Assembly (NCBI GenBank): GCA_963645035.1
Contig: CAVIQY010000002.1
Coordinates: 557 to 64,556 of the forward strand
Direction of reading: 5' to 3'
DNA: 64,000 nt
Source of the DNA: a bacterium
Lineage (GTDB): Bacteria; Bacillota_I; Bacilli_A; Erysipelotrichales; Erysipelotrichaceae
Shown: piece after piece, positions 59,731-64,000 of the stretch
Layout: every line of letters starts with the position of its first letter
Position numbering within the stretch: the stretch's first letter is position 1
Made by a program: the position numbers and the translations under genes
The notes under the pieces: model-generated
The model's input: only the letters and a program-made list of their open reading frames with translations
The model's database searches: none
What the model was told of the DNA's origin: nothing

Positions 59731-61989
59731 TTAGTCTAAATGCCAGATGTCGTTATTGTATTCTTTGATTGTTCTATCACTTGAGAAGAATCCAGCTTTA
59801 GCGATATTGACTAGCATCATACGTTTCCATTTAGCACGATCATTGTAGTCTTCAATCATTCTATTCTTTGTTTCAACGTAGCTTTCAAAATCTAATAATG
59901 TCATAAACCAATCTTTATTAATTAAGTTATTCTTTACATCATTTAATAGTTTTGCATTACCGATAGAAAGTAGTTCTTCACTAGTAATAAAGTCAACTGC
60001 TTCATGAATCATAGGAACGTTGTTGTAATACTCTACAGCGTGATATCCACTAGTGTTATATAAGTTAATGACTTCATTAGATGTCTTACCAAAGATATAG
60101 ATATTGTCATCACCAACTAAATCTTTAATTTCTACATTCGCACCATCTAATGTACCAAGAGTGACGGCACCATTTAACATGAACTTCATATTACCAGTGC
60201 CACTAGCTTCTTTTGATGCTAGAGAAATTTGTTCGGAAATATCACATGCTGGAATAATCTTTTCTGCTTTAGCAATGTTGTAGTTCTTTAGCATCACAAC
60301 ATTTAGATATTTAGAAACAATAGGATCTTTTTGGATTAACTCTTGTAAGCATAAGATCAAATGAATAATATCTTTAGCCATGATATATGCAGGAGCTGCT
60401 TTCGCACCAAAAATAACTGTAATTGGATGAGCAGGGTAGTTTCCTTTTTTGATTTCTAAATATTCATGAATCACATATAGAGCATTCATTTGTTGACGCT
60501 TATATTCATGCATACGTTTAATTTGAACTGCATAGATAGAATTAGGATCAACATCAACATTTTCTTTTCTCTTAATAAAGTTAGCTAAATCTACTTTGTT
60601 CTGATATTTAATTTCTTCTAAACGATTTAATACATCTTCATCATTGATGTAGTTTAATAAGTTTTCTAGCTTAGAAGCATCTGTCTTCCATTCTTCACCA
60701 ATTAAGCTATCAATAAAGTTAGATAATGGTAAATCACAATGTGTAATCCAACGTCTAAATGTAATACCATTTGTTTTATTGTTAAAACGTTCTGGATAAA
60801 TATTATAGAAAGGATGTAATTCTTGATTCTTTAATATTTCTGTATGTAATGCGGCTACACCATTAATAGAATGAGAGAAGTGCATATCCATACGAGCCAT
60901 ATGTACACGTCTACTATCATCAATAATATTTAATTCTTTATTGTCATGATATGCACATACTACTGCATAATCTAGACCTGTAATAATTGGCATAAGTTGT
61001 GGAACAACTTCATTTAAGTAGTCCATAGGCCATTTTTCTAATGCTTCAGCTAAGATTGTATGGTTTGTATAACCACAAACATTTGTGACAACATCAGCTG
61101 CTTCTTTCATCGTGAATCCTTCTTTAATTAATAAACGAATTAATTCAGGGATAACCATAGAAGGATGTGTATCATTAATTTGAATGGCAACATATTTTGC
61201 TAAATCATGTAAATCGTGATTTAACTCTTTTTGTTCATGGATAATTAATTGCGCTGCATTACTAACCATGAAATATTGTTGGTATATTCTTAATAATTGA
61301 CCATCTTTATCACTGTCATCAGGATATAAGAATAAAGTTAAGTTTTTAGCGATATCTTTTTTATCAAAAGAAATACCTTCTTTAACAATAGATTCATCAA
61401 TGGAATCTAAGTCAAATAAATGTAATTTTGTATGACCATTCTTATAACCTAGAATATCCATATCATACATACATGAGTGATATGTCTTACCTGCTAATTC
61501 AATAGGGAAAGATACATCAGTTTTTGTTAAACGACATGGAGAAGTAATCCATTTGTCTGGTACTTCATGTTGCTCGTGGTTAATGAATTCTTGTTTGAAT
61601 AAACCAAAGTGATAACGTAATCCAATACCATCACCACTATAACCAAGTGTAGAAATAGAATCTAAGAAACAAGATGCTAGTCTACCTAGACCACCATTAC
61701 CTAGAGAAGGTTCTTGTTCGAAGTTTTCTACATCGATTAAGTCTTTACCATTTTCTTCTAGTAGTTTTTTTACATCGGCATAGATGCCTAAATTGATTAA
61801 GTTCTTACCTAATTGCTTTCCACATAAAAACTCTGCACTAATGTAATAAAGCTTCTTTTCCTTTTTTGTTACAGGACGTTCATCAGATAGTTGCTTCGTT
61901 AAATGTAGTAATGCATCATAGAGTTCTTCAGATGATGCATTTTGAATCTCTTTGTTTAGAAGGGATTCAATTTGTTGTTTTAATTCCAT
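59731..61989 (-). CDS. glgP: Glycogen/maltodextrin phosphorylase
   Basis: [29 protein letters not shown] site EASGTGNMK. Confidence 0.95.
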   Translation of the reverse strand: MELKQQIESLLNKEIQNASSEELYDALLHLTKQLSDERPVTKKEKKLYYISAEFLCGKQLGKNLINLGIYADVKKLLEENGKDLIDVENFEQEPSLGNGGLGRLASCFLDSISTLGYSGDGIGLRYHFGLFKQEFINHEQHEVPDKWITSPCRLTKTDVSFPIELAGKTYHSCMYDMDILGYKNGHTKLHLFDLDSIDESIVKEGISFDKKDIAKNLTLFLYPDDSDKDGQLLRIYQQYFMVSNAAQLIIHEQKELNHDLHDLAKYVAIQINDTHPSMVIPELIRLLIKEGFTMKEAADVVTNVCGYTNHTILAEALEKWPMDYLNEVVPQLMPIITGLDYAVVCAYHDNKELNIIDDSRRVHMARMDMHFSHSINGVAALHTEILKNQELHPFYNIYPERFNNKTNGITFRRWITHCDLPLSNFIDSLIGEEWKTDASKLENLLNYINDEDVLNRLEEIKYQNKVDLANFIKRKENVDVDPNSIYAVQIKRMHEYKRQQMNALYVIHEYLEIKKGNYPAHPITVIFGAKAAPAYIMAKDIIHLILCLQELIQKDPIVSKYLNVVMLKNYNIAKAEKIIPACDISEQISLASKEASGTGNMKFMLNGAVTLGTLDGANVEIKDLVGDDNIYIFGKTSNEVINLYNTSGYHAVEYYNNVPMIHEAVDFITSEELLSIGNAKLLNDVKNNLINKDWFMTLLDFESYVETKNRMIEDYNDRAKWKRMMLVNIAKAGFFSSDRTIKEYNNDIWHLD

Positions 61990-62089
61990 AATTCACCTCT
62001 TCAATGCGACATGATTCTAACATAACTATAAAAAAGTGTCACATTTTGTTAGTGTGATATAATACCTATGCTTTAAGAGGAGAAAAATC

Positions 62090-62947
62090 ATGGCATTCTT
62101 ATTTGAAATATTTAAATCAATTTTATATGGAATTGTACAAGGAATTACAGAATGGTTACCAATTAGTAGTACAGGTCACTTAATTCTATTAAATACAGTA
62201 TTACCTTTAAATGTATTTAATGATGCGGCTAAGAATACTGCATTCTGGGATATGTATAAAGTAGTAATACAGTTTGGTTCTATCTTAGCTGTAGCTTTAA
62301 TTTACTTTGAAAAATTAAATCCATTTTCTGCTAAGAAGAATAATTTAGAAAAGAAATCTACTTGGAACTTATGGTTCAAGATTATTGTGGCAACTATTCC
62401 AGCAGGTATTGCAGGAGTATTATTAGATGATTTTATCGATTCTAAATTTTCTACACCAGTGGTTGTAGCAATTGCCTTAATTGTATATGGTGTTCTATTT
62501 ATCATCATGAAACCATTAGGTAAATCAAAAGTAAATTCTGTAAAAGAAATGGATTACTTAACAGCATTTAAAGTAGGTTGTTTCCAAATGTTAGCACTTA
62601 TTCCAGGAACATCACGCTCTGGTAGTACAATCTTAGGATCAACACTTGTTGGTTGTTCTAGAACTACCGCAACAGAATTCTCATTCTTTATGGCTATTCC
62701 TGTTATGTTAGGGGCAAGTTTACTTAAGATCATCAAGATGAAAGCACCATTTACTTTTGCGGCAATATTTATTCTTCTTGTAGGAATGGTAGTAGCGTTT
62801 ATCGTATCGGTAATTGTTATTAGAAGTTTCTTAAAATATATTCGTAAGCATGATTTCAAGGTATTTGGTTACTATAGAATTGTATTAGGTGTATTAATTC
62901 TTATTCTTGCGTTAACTCATTTATTACCATCTGGATTAGCCGCATGA
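62090..62947 (+). CDS. uppP: Undecaprenyl-diphosphate phosphatase (BacA)
   Basis: GITEWLPISSTGH, PGTSRSG, EFSFF. Confidence 0.96.
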   Translation: MAFLFEIFKSILYGIVQGITEWLPISSTGHLILLNTVLPLNVFNDAAKNTAFWDMYKVVIQFGSILAVALIYFEKLNPFSAKKNNLEKKSTWNLWFKIIVATIPAGIAGVLLDDFIDSKFSTPVVVAIALIVYGVLFIIMKPLGKSKVNSVKEMDYLTAFKVGCFQMLALIPGTSRSGSTILGSTLVGCSRTTATEFSFFMAIPVMLGASLLKIIKMKAPFTFAAIFILLVGMVVAFIVSVIVIRSFLKYIRKHDFKVFGYYRIVLGVLILILALTHLLPSGLAA

Positions 62948-64000
62948 TTCAAGATTGTATAGCTTTATTTTTAGAAGGACTATTGTCCTTTTTCTCACCA
63001 TGCGTATTACCACTAGTGCCTTTATATATAGGTTACCTAACGAGTGATTTAAAAGTAAATGAAAAACAATCGAAGTTACGTATTGAAACAATGATACGCA
63101 CATTCTTCTTTGTATTAGGTATATCTACAGTTTTCTTTCTAGTAGGACTAGGATCTAGTGCTTTAAGAGTTTTTTTTACGAAACATTCCATTATCTTTAC
63201 TTTAGTCGGTGGGTTCTTATTAATCCTATTTGGATTATTTTCGTTAGGAGTAATTGAGGTACCACTACTACAAAAAGAATATCGTTTGGTTTCATTTAAA
63301 TCACAAAAAAATAAATATCTAAATGCATATTTGTTAGGATTCTTCTTTAGCTTTGCTTGGTCACCATGTATTGGTCCATTACTCGCATCTGCGTTAGTAA
63401 AAAGTGCTTCAGCTGCTACCGCAAGTATTGGTTGGCTTTATATTGGTGCATATACTTTAGGCTTTATCGTGGTATTTATCTTAGTAGGTTTATTTACAGA
63501 AGAAGTACTAGTGATATTAAAGAAACATAACAACATTGTTCGCTATACAAAGATAATTGGTGGTGTTGTCGTATTAGGCATGGGAATATACATGCTTTAT
63601 ACAGGATTTCAATCCATAGAAGCCTTAGAAAAATCATCAGATACAGTTATTAGCGAAACACAAAGTGATGAAAATTTAACAGATATAGAAAAGTATTCTT
63701 TTACCTTAAAAGATAGCGACGACAATGAAGTGACTTTATCTGATTATAAAGGTAAGACAGTCATCTTAAATTTCTTTGCGACATGGTGTACTTATTGTAA
63801 ACAAGAATTACCAACACTCGAAGAAATACATCAAACAAGAGATGATGTAGTAGTACTCTTAGTCGCTGCACCTAATGTTGGTAACGAAGGTGATCAAGAA
63901 TATATAGAAAATTTCATGAAAGAAAATGGCTATACGATGACGGTTTTATATGATGAATCTTCACAAGTAGTGAATGCTTATAATGTGACAGGTTTACCAA
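62944..64000 (+). CDS. CcdA/DsbD-like membrane domain fused to a TlpA-type thioredoxin (partial, runs off the window)
   Basis: Absent from the ORF track. Manual translation gives MIQDCIALFLEGLLSFFSPCVLP...WSPCIGP...NFFATWCTYCKQELP in one frame; ATGA overlap with uppP. Confidence 0.88.
   Translation, partial: MIQDCIALFLEGLLSFFSPCVLPLVPLYIGYLTSDLKVNEKQSKLRIETMIRTFFFVLGISTVFFLVGLGSSALRVFFTKHSIIFTLVGGFLLILFGLFSLGVIEVPLLQKEYRLVSFKSQKNKYLNAYLLGFFFSFAWSPCIGPLLASALVKSASAATASIGWLYIGAYTLGFIVVFILVGLFTEEVLVILKKHNNIVRYTKIIGGVVVLGMGIYMLYTGFQSIEALEKSSDTVISETQSDENLTDIEKYSFTLKDSDDNEVTLSDYKGKTVILNFFATWCTYCKQELPTLEEIHQTRDDVVVLLVAAPNVGNEGDQEYIENFMKENGYTMTVLYDESSQVVNAYNVTGLP

Overview
This is a 64 kb chromosomal segment from a low-GC Firmicute (about 30% GC by eye, standard code with TGA as stop). 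Gene content and protein style suggest Erysipelotrichaceae (inference, no search run). It is gene dense and mostly housekeeping or metabolic. Contents include a beta-glucoside PTS/GH1 operon with a divergent AraC regulator, MarR-MATE, metK with a SAM-I riboswitch, a HipBA-type toxin-antitoxin pair, pepF, T-box pheST, comFA/comFC-secA-prfB (+1 frameshift), an ABC importer, HTH-Fic, a murR-murQ-murP-mupG recycling locus, peptidases, HU, a glucan phosphorylase, uppP and a CcdA-thioredoxin fusion. I saw no rRNA, tRNA, CRISPR array, integrase or transposase. The most unusual items are: (1) a 1080-aa ORF fusing an RluA pseudouridine synthase, via one TM helix, to Ig-like repeats and a phage-tail-type lysozyme; (2) a 16.2-25.1 kb locus combining a diguanylate cyclase, tandem beta-helix surface proteins with a non-LPXTG 'TGSIFG-TM-KKK' tail, a C-rich candidate sRNA and a PrsW-family protease; (3) a P4-less SAM-I riboswitch that appears to act on translation; (4) a nudC gene split by a 53-bp duplication whose two copies look like different alleles. 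All product calls come from motif recognition, not database searches.
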